Positions 19,034 through 29,031 are shown, counted from the stretch's first letter. The stretch: DNA of 64,000 nucleotides from Alphaproteobacteria bacterium (GCA_965225945.1 CBDDBZ010000038.1:1-64000); one strand, 5' to 3'. The notes: generated by a model from the letters alone, not told the origin. A program made the numbers and translations.

Positions 19034-20545
19034 ATGGCCAAGGTACTCCTGATAAACCCGCCGCGCTTCAACGAGCTGATCGGCAAGAATCCGGCCATCG
19101 TGGAGAAGCATCGCGGCTTCAATCCGCCGCTCGGCATTCTCTCGCTCGCCGGATATTTGGAAACCCACAGCCACCATCAAGTCGAGGTGCTGGACGCCCA
19201 GCCTTTGGGTTGGACTTACGACGAATTGCGCCGGGTGATCGCGGCTAAGAGCTTCGACGTCTGCGGCATCACGGCGATGACCTTCACCCTGATCGACGTC
19301 ATCCTGACCTGCCGCGTGGTTAGGAACGTGGCGCCCAGCGCCAAGATCGTGCTCGGCGGCCCGCACGTCCACCTCTTCCCCGACGAGACCATCGCGCTGC
19401 CGGAGGTCGATTACCTGATCCAAGGCGAGGGCGAGATCGCCTTCAAGGACTTCCTCGACGCGCTCGACGCCGAGCGTTCGGTCGCGGACCTGCCGGGCCT
19501 GGTCTATGCCGAGGACGACGGCGGCGTCGTCAACAAGGGCATCGCGCCCGCCACCAGCGATCTCGACTCCCTGGGCCTGCCGGCGCGCCATCTGCTCGAC
19601 GTCAACATGTACACCTCGCTTCTCGGTCGGGACAACACCATCACCACGATGTTCACCAGCCGGGGCTGCCCCTTCCGCTGCACCTTCTGCGATCGGCCGT
19701 TCTCGCCGGTGCTTTCCGGCTTCCGCTGGCGCTCGCCCCAACACGTGGCGGACGAGATGGAGGAGTGTCTGCGCCTCGGCATCAGGGAAGCCTTCATCTA
19801 CGACGATACCTTCACCGTCCGGAAGGACCGGGTGCACGAGCTCTGCGACGAGATCATCAAGCGCGGCTTGAATTTTCGCTGGGACGTCAGGGCCCACGTC
19901 AACACGGTCAACCAGGACTTGCTGAACCACATGGCCGAGGCCGGCTGCGACCGGATCCACTACGGCGTCGAGTGCGGCAACGACCGGATGATGAAGGTGA
20001 TCCGCAAGAACACCAACGTCGAGCGGGTGAAGAACGCGTTCCAATGGACCAAGAACGCGGACATGGAGGTGCTGGCCTATTTCATCATCGGCCAGCAGAC
20101 GGAGACGGCCGAGGACATCCAGGATTCCGTGCGGCTCGCTCGCGAGCTCGATCCCACCTATGTCCACTTCACGATCTTCTGCCCCTATCCGGGGACCGAG
20201 ATCTACATGAAGGGGCTGGAGACCGGCGTGATCAAGGAGGACGTCTGGCGCGCCTTCGCCAACGACCCGAAACAGGGCTACGAGCTGCCGGTCTGGGAAG
20301 AGATCTTCACCCGCCAGGAGCTCCGCGAGATGCTGGTGAAGTGTTACAAGGGCTTCTACCTGCGCCCCGGCTACGTGATGCGCAACATGGCGCGGATCCG
20401 GGGCGCCGGCGAACTCAAGCGCAAGGTCCGGGCCGGCCTCTCGGTGCTGACCATGACGCCGAACCAGAAGGTCTTCGGCAAGAGCCTGCGCGAGAAAGCC
20501 CGTGACATCGTGCCGAACTCGCCGATCGACGTCCACGTCGGCTGA
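19034..20545 (+). CDS. Cobalamin (B12)-binding radical SAM protein
   Basis: PPLGILSLAG and VLGGPHV (B12-binding domain), SRGCPFRCTFC (CxxxCxxC), DDTF, YPGTEIY. Confidence 0.92.
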   Translation: MAKVLLINPPRFNELIGKNPAIVEKHRGFNPPLGILSLAGYLETHSHHQVEVLDAQPLGWTYDELRRVIAAKSFDVCGITAMTFTLIDVILTCRVVRNVAPSAKIVLGGPHVHLFPDETIALPEVDYLIQGEGEIAFKDFLDALDAERSVADLPGLVYAEDDGGVVNKGIAPATSDLDSLGLPARHLLDVNMYTSLLGRDNTITTMFTSRGCPFRCTFCDRPFSPVLSGFRWRSPQHVADEMEECLRLGIREAFIYDDTFTVRKDRVHELCDEIIKRGLNFRWDVRAHVNTVNQDLLNHMAEAGCDRIHYGVECGNDRMMKVIRKNTNVERVKNAFQWTKNADMEVLAYFIIGQQTETAEDIQDSVRLARELDPTYVHFTIFCPYPGTEIYMKGLETGVIKEDVWRAFANDPKQGYELPVWEEIFTRQELREMLVKCYKGFYLRPGYVMRNMARIRGAGELKRKVRAGLSVLTMTPNQKVFGKSLREKARDIVPNSPIDVHVG

Positions 20546-21524
20546 CCCGATCGACGAGACCGGCGAGGCATCCCAGACCAACCGGGCCCGGCCGCCGAGC
20601 AGCTTCGGCGAATTCAGCGGCTGGGCCTACCCTAACTCGCGCACCCGGGGCCTGTTGCTGGTCCTGACGGCGACGGGCATTCTCGCCTGGCTCGCCCATG
20701 TCGTGGACCTCGGCGCGCTCGGCGCCGCGTTCGGCCGCCTCACTTGGCATTATCTCCTCGCCGCCGGCCTGATCACGGCGTGTTTGCCGCCGGTCCTGGG
20801 CCTCCGCCTGCGCCTGATCCTCCGTAGCCACGAGATCGACCCGGGCTGGAGGCGCTGTACCTGTATCGTGCTCGGCATCCATCCCATGAACGTGGTCTCG
20901 CCGGCTAGGCTCGGCGACGGCTTGCGCATCGTGGCGCTCCGCCACGTGGCGGACACGGCGACGGTCATCGGCCTGGTGGTGGGCGAGCGCCTGTTGGATG
21001 TTGCCATGCTGGCGGGAATCGCGACGCTCGCGGGCCTGATCGGTGGGCGCCCCGAACTGGCGGCGATCGCCGTTGCGCTGCTGCTCCTCGCCGGCGGAAT
21101 TGTGGCGCTCGCCGCCCTCTCGAACCGGCTGTCCTTGCCGAAGCGGCTCGCGCCGATGGCGTCACGGCTGGCGAGCGGCCTGCTGGCGCTGCGCCGCTCG
21201 CCCCCTCACCTCCTGGGTGCGTTTGTGCTGACGCTCTTGCATTGGTCGTTGACGATGACCCTGGTGAGCGTGCTGTTCACGGCCGTCGGCTCCGCCCTCG
21301 ATCCGCTCACCGTGGCGACGGTGATGCCGCTGGCGATATTCGCCGGCATGCTGCCGGTGACGCTGGGCGGCCTGGGCACGCGGGAGGCGGCGCTGGTGGC
21401 GTTGCTCGCCGGCCAGGTCGCGGCACCCGACGCGCTGGCGGCGGGCCTGCTCTATTCGCTCTTCACCTATGTGCTGCTGGGCGCCTTCGGTCTGCTCTTC
21501 ACGCGCCGCGCGCTACGCTATTGA
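20502..21524 (+). CDS. UPF0104/lysylphosphatidylglycerol synthase TM-like (flippase) membrane protein; start uncertain
   Basis: NVVSPARLGDGLR, ERLLD and LPVTLGGLGTREAA signatures. Confidence 0.85.
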   Translation: MTSCRTRRSTSTSADPIDETGEASQTNRARPPSSFGEFSGWAYPNSRTRGLLLVLTATGILAWLAHVVDLGALGAAFGRLTWHYLLAAGLITACLPPVLGLRLRLILRSHEIDPGWRRCTCIVLGIHPMNVVSPARLGDGLRIVALRHVADTATVIGLVVGERLLDVAMLAGIATLAGLIGGRPELAAIAVALLLLAGGIVALAALSNRLSLPKRLAPMASRLASGLLALRRSPPHLLGAFVLTLLHWSLTMTLVSVLFTAVGSALDPLTVATVMPLAIFAGMLPVTLGGLGTREAALVALLAGQVAAPDALAAGLLYSLFTYVLLGAFGLLFTRRALRY

Positions 21525-21676
21525 GGGGCGGGCCGGCTCGGGCCGAACTTCCCCTACCTGGCCCGTCGCCGATGGCCCCGACGAATGCCGTTGCCGGCCT
21601 CGGGCCGGCGGACCATCGACGAACGGGACCGGTTCGCCGCGCCGCGCACGGCCCGGCGGCGGCGCGTCTAATTGGT

Positions 21677-22711
21677 CTACATGCCGGCCGCGGACCGGAT
21701 CTTGTCCATCAACTCCTTGCCGACCTGCTTTTCCATCCAGGGCCATTCCTGCTCATAGACCAGCTTCTTCGCCTGGGCACGCTGCTCCGGCGTGAGCTCG
21801 ATCACCTCGATGCCATAGTCCTTCACCTTTTGAATGAAGGACTGGCCGAGGGCCTCGGCGTCCTGCCAGGCCTTCGCCGCCGCAGCATCGGCGGCCGACT
21901 TGATCCACTTCTGCTCGTCCCCGGAGAGACCATCCCACCAATCCTTGTTGACGATCCAGAAGGCATGCTCGAAGTAGTCCCGGGTCAGGATATAGGCCTC
22001 CAGCACGTCACGCATCTGCCAGATCTCGACCGGCGGGCCGAAGGAGCGAGCATCGACCGTGCCCAGTTGCAGGGCGGTATAGAGCTCGGAGAACGGGATC
22101 GGCACGGGCGAGAAGCCCCAGGCCTCGAAGCGCTTCACGCCGATTGGTAGTGGCGGCACCCGGATCTTGATGCCCTTGGCGTCGCCCGGGAACATCCTCG
22201 GCCGTTTGCCCACGCCCTTGCGGATGGCGATGCTGCCGAAGTCGGTCGGCAGGGTCACCAGCAGCTTTACGTTCAAGGGGTCCAGCAGCTCGTCGTACAC
22301 ATCGATCATGGGGCCGCCGGGGCCATAGATCCGCGTGCCGTCCTTCCAGTTGTCGACCACGTAAGCCAAGTAGGCGATGTCGAGCCGCTTGTCGAAGTCG
22401 GATGCCAGCCAGGTCATCGACATCGGAATCGCGCCTTGCATCACCTGCTCGAACTGGACGACCCAGTCGCCGAGATCGCCGCCCGGGTGGTACTCGACCT
22501 CGAGTTCGCCGCCGGAAAGCTCCTTCAGCTTGGCGATGAAATCCTCGGCGGTGACGTGGTTGATGTGATCCGTGGTCATGGGGTGAGCCAGGATGAACTT
22601 TTTGGCGGCGTAAGCCGGTTTGGCCGCCGGCAGCGCCGCCAATGCGAGGACAACGACGGCCGCCATCGCCAGCCCCGAGCGCACCGCCCCGGTCAGTGAA
22701 AACTTGGTCAT
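21677..22711 (-). CDS. dctP: TRAP transporter substrate-binding protein DctP
   Basis: Signal peptide, GIKIRVP, PIPFSELYTALQLGTVDA. Confidence 0.9.
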   Translation of the reverse strand: MTKFSLTGAVRSGLAMAAVVVLALAALPAAKPAYAAKKFILAHPMTTDHINHVTAEDFIAKLKELSGGELEVEYHPGGDLGDWVVQFEQVMQGAIPMSMTWLASDFDKRLDIAYLAYVVDNWKDGTRIYGPGGPMIDVYDELLDPLNVKLLVTLPTDFGSIAIRKGVGKRPRMFPGDAKGIKIRVPPLPIGVKRFEAWGFSPVPIPFSELYTALQLGTVDARSFGPPVEIWQMRDVLEAYILTRDYFEHAFWIVNKDWWDGLSGDEQKWIKSAADAAAAKAWQDAEALGQSFIQKVKDYGIEVIELTPEQRAQAKKLVYEQEWPWMEKQVGKELMDKIRSAAGM

Positions 22712-22943
22712 GTTGCTCCATCCTCCCTTGCTGTCGACGCGGAGTCGGCGGATGCATGGGCCCGCCAGGGCGGCCCCATCGGACCCTTCGATGATCCGTT
22801 CCCGACCGGTTCGCGTCGTATGGTCTCCCTGGCGAAAATCGAAGCCCCTCTGCACCCCGGCGCCAGGCTAGGCCGAGAAGCATAGCATGTCGTGGACACG
22901 TCGCCACATCGAAAGCTACACATCGAAAGCCGCGGCCGCCGGC

Positions 22944-24248
22944 TCATTCGATACCCATCAGCAGGCGCGGCAGATAGAGGCCGAGCTCGGGGATGTAGGT
23001 CACCACGAACACCATGGGCAGGTGGCCGAACAGGATGAATTTCATGGTCGGTACGATATAGCGGTCGAGCGACAGCTTGCCGACCGCGCCCGCCATGTAG
23101 AGGAGAGGCGCGCATGGCGGCGTGATGTTGCCGAGACCGAGGTTCGTGCCGACGATCGCGGCGAAGTGAATGGGGTGGACGCCGATCTCCTGGATTACCG
23201 GCATCAAGATGATGGCCGCCAAAATGCCGCCCGAGACGTCGTCGACCAGCATCCCGATCAGCAGCAGCAGAACGTTGATCATCGCCAGGATCACGAACTT
23301 GTTGTCGGAAATCGAGAGCAGGAAGTCGGCGAGCGCCGTCGGCACCTGTTCCATCACCATGGACCGGCTCATGATGAACAGGAAGAACAGGACCATGATG
23401 ATCGCGCCGGTATTGATGGTGCCTTGAACCAGCGCCTCGGCCGTCTTCGGGAGGGTCAGGCCGCGGTAGATGAAGAATCCCACCGGCAGGGTGTAGACCA
23501 GGGCCACGGCCGCCGCTTCCGTCGGCGTGAACATGCCGCTGTAGATCCCGCCGAGCATGATCAGCGGCATCAGCAAGGCGAAAACGGCCCGACCGGTCGA
23601 GACCCCGATGTCGCGCACCTGAGCCGAGACGGAAATCTTAGGCGCCACCCGGATCGTCGCCACGTTGCGCAGATAGATGAAGTTCAGGACGCAATATATG
23701 AACGCGATCATGATTCCGGGAATGATCGTGGACAGGAAACAGGCCGCGACCGACAGCCCGCCGGTGAGCGCGAATATGATCATTGGAATGCTCGGCGGGA
23801 TCATCAGCGCCAACACCGAGGAGCAACCGACCAACGCCGTCGCGTGCTCGCGCGGGTAGCCCTCGTCGACCATCTTCGGGATCATGATCGAGCCGATGGC
23901 GGCGATCGCGGAAGCGCCGCTGCCGGAGATCGCGCCGAACAGCGCGCAGCTGATGATCGTGACCGCGCCGAGGCCGCCCTTGACGCGTCCGACCAGCGAA
24001 TTGACGAATTGAATCAGACGGTCGGAAATGCCGCTCGCGCCCATCAAGGTGCCGGCGATGATGAAGAGTGGCAGCGCCAGCAGGGCGAAGCCGCCGGCCA
24101 GCCAGAAGGCATGCGGCAGCAGGTAGGAGACGTCGCGGCCTGAGACGACGGAGAATATGAGGGCGCCAATGCCGAAGGAAAAGGCTACCGGGACCTCCGC
24201 CAACAAGAGCACCACAATAAGGACGAGAATGATGCCGAGGGTCAACAT
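22944..24248 (-). CDS. dctM: TRAP transporter large permease DctM
   Basis: 434 aa hydrophobic; FGAISGS, IPPSIPMI, TPTEAA, ITPP. Confidence 0.92.
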   Translation of the reverse strand: MLTLGIILVLIVVLLLAEVPVAFSFGIGALIFSVVSGRDVSYLLPHAFWLAGGFALLALPLFIIAGTLMGASGISDRLIQFVNSLVGRVKGGLGAVTIISCALFGAISGSGASAIAAIGSIMIPKMVDEGYPREHATALVGCSSVLALMIPPSIPMIIFALTGGLSVAACFLSTIIPGIMIAFIYCVLNFIYLRNVATIRVAPKISVSAQVRDIGVSTGRAVFALLMPLIMLGGIYSGMFTPTEAAAVALVYTLPVGFFIYRGLTLPKTAEALVQGTINTGAIIMVLFFLFIMSRSMVMEQVPTALADFLLSISDNKFVILAMINVLLLLIGMLVDDVSGGILAAIILMPVIQEIGVHPIHFAAIVGTNLGLGNITPPCAPLLYMAGAVGKLSLDRYIVPTMKFILFGHLPMVFVVTYIPELGLYLPRLLMGIE

Positions 24249-24254
24249 GCCAAA

Positions 24255-24776
24255 TCAGTCCCCAAGATTTCGGCTTCTAATTGCGCGCCACTGACGTATT
24301 CCCTGCAGGGTGAAATACAGGAGCATCATCACGAAGCCGAACAGCATGCTGGCGACCCAAAGGATGGTCGGCCAGCTCAAATAGCTGCTCTTGCGCCCGA
24401 TGTTGAACGTGAACGCGGCATACTTGTAGGCGTAATAGGAAAAGACGCAAGTCGATACTAGGCAGAGCAGCGTTCCGACAAGCCGGAGCCACGCCAGTTT
24501 GATCGGGTTCCGAATCACCAAGCTGGCGATGCCGCCCTTGATATGGGCCTCCTCGCGCGTGACGTAGACGGCGCCCAGGAAATAGAGCCAAAGCCCCAAC
24601 AGCACCGAGGTCTCCTCGATGCCGAGAAACGGCATCTCCAGACCGTAGCGCAGGACGATCTGCACGACCATGAGAAACGCCAGCGCCAGTGCGACAGTGA
24701 TGATGGCGGCCCGCTGCAGCCAAGCGAACCATCGCTCGGCTTTCGATAGCGCCTTCGACAAGTTGTACAGCGCCAC
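24255..24776 (-). CDS. dctQ: TRAP transporter small permease DctQ
   Basis: 173 aa, 4 TM; LRY...EE...HI pattern; upstream of dctM. Confidence 0.88.
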   Translation of the reverse strand: MALYNLSKALSKAERWFAWLQRAAIITVALALAFLMVVQIVLRYGLEMPFLGIEETSVLLGLWLYFLGAVYVTREEAHIKGGIASLVIRNPIKLAWLRLVGTLLCLVSTCVFSYYAYKYAAFTFNIGRKSSYLSWPTILWVASMLFGFVMMLLYFTLQGIRQWRAIRSRNLGD

Positions 24777-24980
24777 CGCTCCCCCGATGCGCCCTTACGC
24801 GCGACGGCAGCGAACGTCCAGTCGATCGCGTCCATGTTAGCCTACGTCGCGCGCGACATGAAGTCAAAACGGCACTGCGACCGAATCGTGCCTCGCCGCG
24901 AGATTGTGTTATCCTTGTAGGTGCCGGCGGCAAGAACGAGGTGGCTGCCTGGCGGAAGCTTTACCGGGAGGCACGCGAAC

Positions 24981-25889
24981 ATGAGGACCGCTTCTGAAAT
25001 GGGCGACGGCGTCGCCTTCGTCGATGGCGAATACGTGCCCGTCGCGGACGCCAAGATTTCCTTCTTCGACCAAGCCGTCATGATGTCGGACGCCACCTAT
25101 GACGTGGTCGGCGTCTGCAATGGCAGCTTCTTCCGTCTCGAAGACCATCTCGAGCGGTTCGAGCGGAGCATGGCCAAGCTGCGCCTGAAGTTGCCCTACG
25201 ATCGGGCGGGGATCGCCGGGATCCTGACGGAATGCGTGCGGCGCGGCGGATTGAAGGACGCCTTCGTGGAGATGGCCTGCACCCGCGGTGTCGCCACCCC
25301 CGGTACTCGCGATCTCGGCGCCTTTACGAACAAGTTCGTCGCCTTCGCCGTCCCCTACATCAACTTGGCGACGCCCGAGATCGAAGACCGCGGCATGCAC
25401 CTCTTCGTCAGCTCCGTCGAGCGGACCTCGCCGAAGTCGATCGACCCCACGATCAAGAACTACAGCCGGCTCGACTTCATCACCGCCGAGTTCGAGACCA
25501 AGGAGAGGGGGGCCGATCGGGCGCTGCTGCTGGATGCGGACGGTCATGTCACGGAAGGCCACGGTTACAACATCTTCGCCCTTTGTGGCGGTACCTTGAT
25601 GACTCCGGCCCAGGGTGTGCTGGAGGGGATCACGCGAAAGACCGTGCTCGAACTCTGCGAGGAGACCAACGTCAAGGCGGAGGCCGGGGACTTCACGGCG
25701 GACCAGCTTCGGGGCGCCGACGAAGCGATGATCACCAGTACCGCCGGCGGCATCATTCCGGTCACCAAGGTCGACGGTCGCCCGATCGGAGACGGCCACG
25801 TCGGTCCCTTGACGACGAGGCTGCGCGACCTCTACTGGGCCAAGCACGACGACCCCGAATACGCGACGCCGATCGACTACGACGCCTGA
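24981..25889 (+). CDS. Class IV PLP aminotransferase, (R)-amine transaminase-like
   Basis: YDV, FFRLEDHLERF, FVEMACTRG, DPTIKNY (catalytic Lys), EGHGYN, LEGITR, STAGG. Confidence 0.88.
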   Translation: MRTASEMGDGVAFVDGEYVPVADAKISFFDQAVMMSDATYDVVGVCNGSFFRLEDHLERFERSMAKLRLKLPYDRAGIAGILTECVRRGGLKDAFVEMACTRGVATPGTRDLGAFTNKFVAFAVPYINLATPEIEDRGMHLFVSSVERTSPKSIDPTIKNYSRLDFITAEFETKERGADRALLLDADGHVTEGHGYNIFALCGGTLMTPAQGVLEGITRKTVLELCEETNVKAEAGDFTADQLRGADEAMITSTAGGIIPVTKVDGRPIGDGHVGPLTTRLRDLYWAKHDDPEYATPIDYDA

Positions 25890-25909
25890 GCTCGTCCACC
25901 CGTCGGGCG

Positions 25910-26265
25910 GCCACCAGATCGAGCCGGTCTGGAAGCGCCGCGCTTGCATCGTCCTCGGGATCCATCCCTTGAACGTGGTCTCTCCGGCGCGTCTCGGCGA
26001 CGGGTTCCGCGTCGTGGCACTCCGCCATGTGGCGGACACGGCGACGGGCATCGGCTTGGTGGTGGGCGAGCGGCTGTTGGACGTCGCCATGCTGCCGGTG
26101 ACGCTGGGCGGCCTGGGCACGCGAGAGGCGGCGCTGGTGGCGTTGCTCGCCGGCCAGGTCGCCGCGCCGGACGCGCTGGCGGCGGGCCTACTCTATTCGC
26201 TCTTCACCTATGTGCTGCTGGGCGCCTTCGGTCTGCTCTTCACGCGCCGCGCGCTGCGCTATTGA
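25910..26265 (+). pseudogene. Partial, internally deleted duplicate of the UPF0104 gene
   Basis: Matches about 20827-21011 fused to 21354-21524 at a CATGCTG microhomology; identical C-terminus ...LLFTRRALRY*. Confidence 0.9.
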
Positions 26266-26419
26266 GGGTGAGTCCGGCGCGCGCTGGTGTGCTAGGATGT
26301 GGCCCGAGATGCGGCGAGATCCACGAATATTCCAAGCAGATCTGTATCCGCGCGCCGATGGCGCCGACGGCTGAGGATCTGCGGCTCCGCGCCGTGCCCT
26401 CGGGAGGTCTCGCCCCGAC

Positions 26420-26920
26420 ATGAGCTTCTCGGCACGACTTTGCCTGCCGATGGTGTTTGCCGTAATGGTGTTTTCCGGCTGTGCGCCCGTGGATCATCAC
26501 CGGGCGTCAACGGCGAATGCGTCGACGAAACCGGTCACGGCGCCGGCCACGTCACCGGCGGACGGCCTCTGGTATGTCGATATCACCGTCGAAAGTTTTT
26601 TCGACGGGCACCTCGGGCATATCGCGCGAACGGTCGAAGTGGCCGGCGGCCGGCTCAAATCCAGCTTTCGCGAGGGGCGTCTGGAAGTTGCGATGACCCT
26701 CGACTTCGCCGGCGGCCGGGCAAAGGGCCAAATGGCCGTCGATCCCGGCGCGCGATGGAATGCCGTTTCCATCCCTTTCGAGGGACCGATCGTCGACGGC
26801 GCCCTGCATCTCGATCTCTCGGGCATGGCGACCTACGAAATCTTTTCGGGCTTCCGGCACCGCGACCGAGACACGCGCGCGCTTTACGTCGAACTCCGGC
26901 TCGAGAAACAACCTTTCTAA
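26420..26920 (+). CDS. Hypothetical lipoprotein
   Basis: 166 aa; hydrophobic signal ending VFSG-C (lipobox); GGAGG RBS. Confidence 0.6.
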   Translation: MSFSARLCLPMVFAVMVFSGCAPVDHHRASTANASTKPVTAPATSPADGLWYVDITVESFFDGHLGHIARTVEVAGGRLKSSFREGRLEVAMTLDFAGGRAKGQMAVDPGARWNAVSIPFEGPIVDGALHLDLSGMATYEIFSGFRHRDRDTRALYVELRLEKQPF

Positions 26921-26933
26921 TGTAGGCGGAAGG

Positions 26934-28156
26934 CATGGTACACGACGGCATTTACGTAGGACGTTGAAAAGGTTGTAGGATTCCCGATTCACTCCACGAC
27001 GAGTCAAGAGGGAAATCATGCGAGACAACCCGATCAACGCCCTGCGTGAGACGCTACGATGCGGCTTCGCCTTTCGCAAGAGCCGTCTGGAGAGCCTTTG
27101 CGTCTTGGTCTTCGGCGTGTTCGTCGCCCGGACGGTGAACCTCTCTCACTTGGCCTGCCACTTTCCGGGGCGCGCGCGATCCAGCTCCAACTATCGGCGC
27201 CTGCAACGGTTTTTCGAGCAAGTCGATTTCGATTACGATCGCCTCGCCGAGTTCCTGGTCGCGATGATGGGGCTCCAGGCGGGGCCGTGGCGGCTGACCA
27301 TGGACCGGACCAACTGGCGGCTGGGTCGCCGCGACGTCAACATCTTGATGATCGGCATCGTCAACCGCGCCATCGCCATTCCCGTGTGCTGGCGGGTGCT
27401 CGACAAGGCGGGCAATTCCAATACCAAGGAGCGGATCGCGATCCTCGAACACGTCCTCCGGCTCTTCGGGGTCGACAAGATCGCCAGCCTCCTGGCCGAC
27501 CGGGAATTCATCGGCGACGCCTGGCTGGCATGGTTGCAGGAAAAGGCCATCCCCTTTCACATCCGCATCCGATCCAACATCAAGATCGCCAACACGCGTG
27601 GTCGCATGGTCAAGGCGAGGGAGCTGTTTCGCGACCTCAAACCCGGGGAAAGCCGCATCCTCTCCAACGCCAGGCGCCTCTCGGAGGCCAGAAAACCCAA
27701 GGCCAGGCCCGTCTTCGTCGCCGCGCTCCATCTCAAGACCGGCGAACTGTTGATCGTCGTGACCAACGACGCGCCCGAGGAGGCCTTGGCCATCTACGCC
27801 CAGCGCTGGCAAATCAAGACCCTCTTCGCCGCCTTGAAAACCCGTGGCTTCAACCTCGAAGACACCCACATGACCGACCCGGAGCGCATCTCCAAGCTCA
27901 CCGCCGTCCTTTCCATCACCTTCTGCTGGGCGCACAAAGTCGGCGATTGGCTCCACGAGGCCGAGCCGATCCGCCTCAAAACCCACAAAAGGATGGCAAA
28001 ATCCATCTTCCGATACGGTTTCGAGTGGATAAGGCGACAGCTCGTCAATCCTATCGACAGGCGTCAAGCCATTGAGCTGATTCGTTTCCTCGTCCCCGGA
28101 AAACCACCAGTCCAGGTGCCCAGGCCAAAGCCAGCATGAACGAGTCGTGTACTGTG
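26934..28156 (+). mobile_element. IS4-family insertion sequence
   Basis: IRs CATGGTACACGAC / CACAGTACACGAC; 9-bp TSD GGCGGAAGG at 26925-26933 and 28157-28165. Confidence 0.9.
27018..28139 (+). CDS. IS4-family transposase (YREK glutamate replaced by Lys)
   Basis: MDRTNW, ADREF, YAQRWQIKTLFAALKTRGFNLEDT. Confidence 0.9.
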   Translation: MRDNPINALRETLRCGFAFRKSRLESLCVLVFGVFVARTVNLSHLACHFPGRARSSSNYRRLQRFFEQVDFDYDRLAEFLVAMMGLQAGPWRLTMDRTNWRLGRRDVNILMIGIVNRAIAIPVCWRVLDKAGNSNTKERIAILEHVLRLFGVDKIASLLADREFIGDAWLAWLQEKAIPFHIRIRSNIKIANTRGRMVKARELFRDLKPGESRILSNARRLSEARKPKARPVFVAALHLKTGELLIVVTNDAPEEALAIYAQRWQIKTLFAALKTRGFNLEDTHMTDPERISKLTAVLSITFCWAHKVGDWLHEAEPIRLKTHKRMAKSIFRYGFEWIRRQLVNPIDRRQAIELIRFLVPGKPPVQVPRPKPA

Positions 28157-28211
28157 GGCGGAAGGATATAGGGCAACATCGTTCGCGAAAACGCCGGACC
28201 TCGCCACCCGC

Positions 28212-28973
28212 TCAGTTGTTGCCGACCACCGTGCCCAGCGTGTCGCCGATTTCGGCGTTGATCACCAGGTCGGCGATGGCGTCGAGGTCGGTCGGCTCGC
28301 GGTTCAAGATCACCAGGGCAGCGCCGCCGCGCTTGGCCATGATCGGGAAGCCGGCGGCGGGATAGACCACCAGCGAGGAGCCGATCGCCAGCAACAGTTC
28401 GCAGCTCACCGCCGCCTCCTGGGCGCGGGCCATCGCCACCTCCGGCATCGCCTGGCCGAAGGAAATCGTCGCGGTCTTGACGATCCCGTCGCACTTGGCG
28501 CATTCCGGCAGGGTCTCGTCCACGAGGAAGGCCTGCTTGATCGGCGCCAGCTCGTAGCGCTCGTGGCAGTCGAGACAGCGGGCGTAGGTCGTGTTGCCGT
28601 GCAACTCGATCACCTTCTCGTCGGGCACTCCGGAGGCCTGGTGCAGCCCGTCGATGTTCTGGGTGATGACGCTGGTGAGCTTGCCGCGGTCGGCCAGCAC
28701 GGCGATGGCGCGATGGCCGCGGTTGGGCTTGGCCTGCTTCATCGTCTCTTCCATGGCGAACTTGCGCCGCCAGGCCTCGCGCCGCATCTCTTCCGAGGTC
28801 ATGAAGTCCTGGAATTCGATCGGCCGATTTTTGGCCCAGAGCCCGCCGGGGCTGCGAAAGTCGGGAATACCCGATTCCGTGCTGATCCCGGCGCCGGTGA
28901 AGACGACGACCCGGCGAGCACCGTTCAACAGCTCCGCCAACCGCTCGATTTCCGCCTCGCGCCCAGCGCTCAT
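28212..28973 (-). CDS. NAD-dependent protein deacylase (sirtuin, CobB-like)
   Basis: TGAGISTESGIPDFRS, TQNIDGLH, ELHG, two CxxC, GSSLVVYPAA. Confidence 0.93.
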   Translation of the reverse strand: MSAGREAEIERLAELLNGARRVVVFTGAGISTESGIPDFRSPGGLWAKNRPIEFQDFMTSEEMRREAWRRKFAMEETMKQAKPNRGHRAIAVLADRGKLTSVITQNIDGLHQASGVPDEKVIELHGNTTYARCLDCHERYELAPIKQAFLVDETLPECAKCDGIVKTATISFGQAMPEVAMARAQEAAVSCELLLAIGSSLVVYPAAGFPIMAKRGGAALVILNREPTDLDAIADLVINAEIGDTLGTVVGNN

Positions 28974-29031
28974 CGGGCCCACCCCTTGCTCTCCTCGCGC
29001 GGCCCCAGGGTGACGCCGGCGGCACGGCCCG

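Noticed and set aside
22905-22930. Direct repeat CACATCGAAAGC x2 between dctM and dctP as an operator
   Set aside because: It is only two copies just after a stop codon, with no regulator nearby; it cannot be distinguished from a small local duplication.
28212-28973. Sirtuin as a defence (Thoeris/DSR-type SIR2) effector
   Set aside because: It has the full Zn-binding CobB-type deacylase architecture and sits among metabolic genes, not defence genes.
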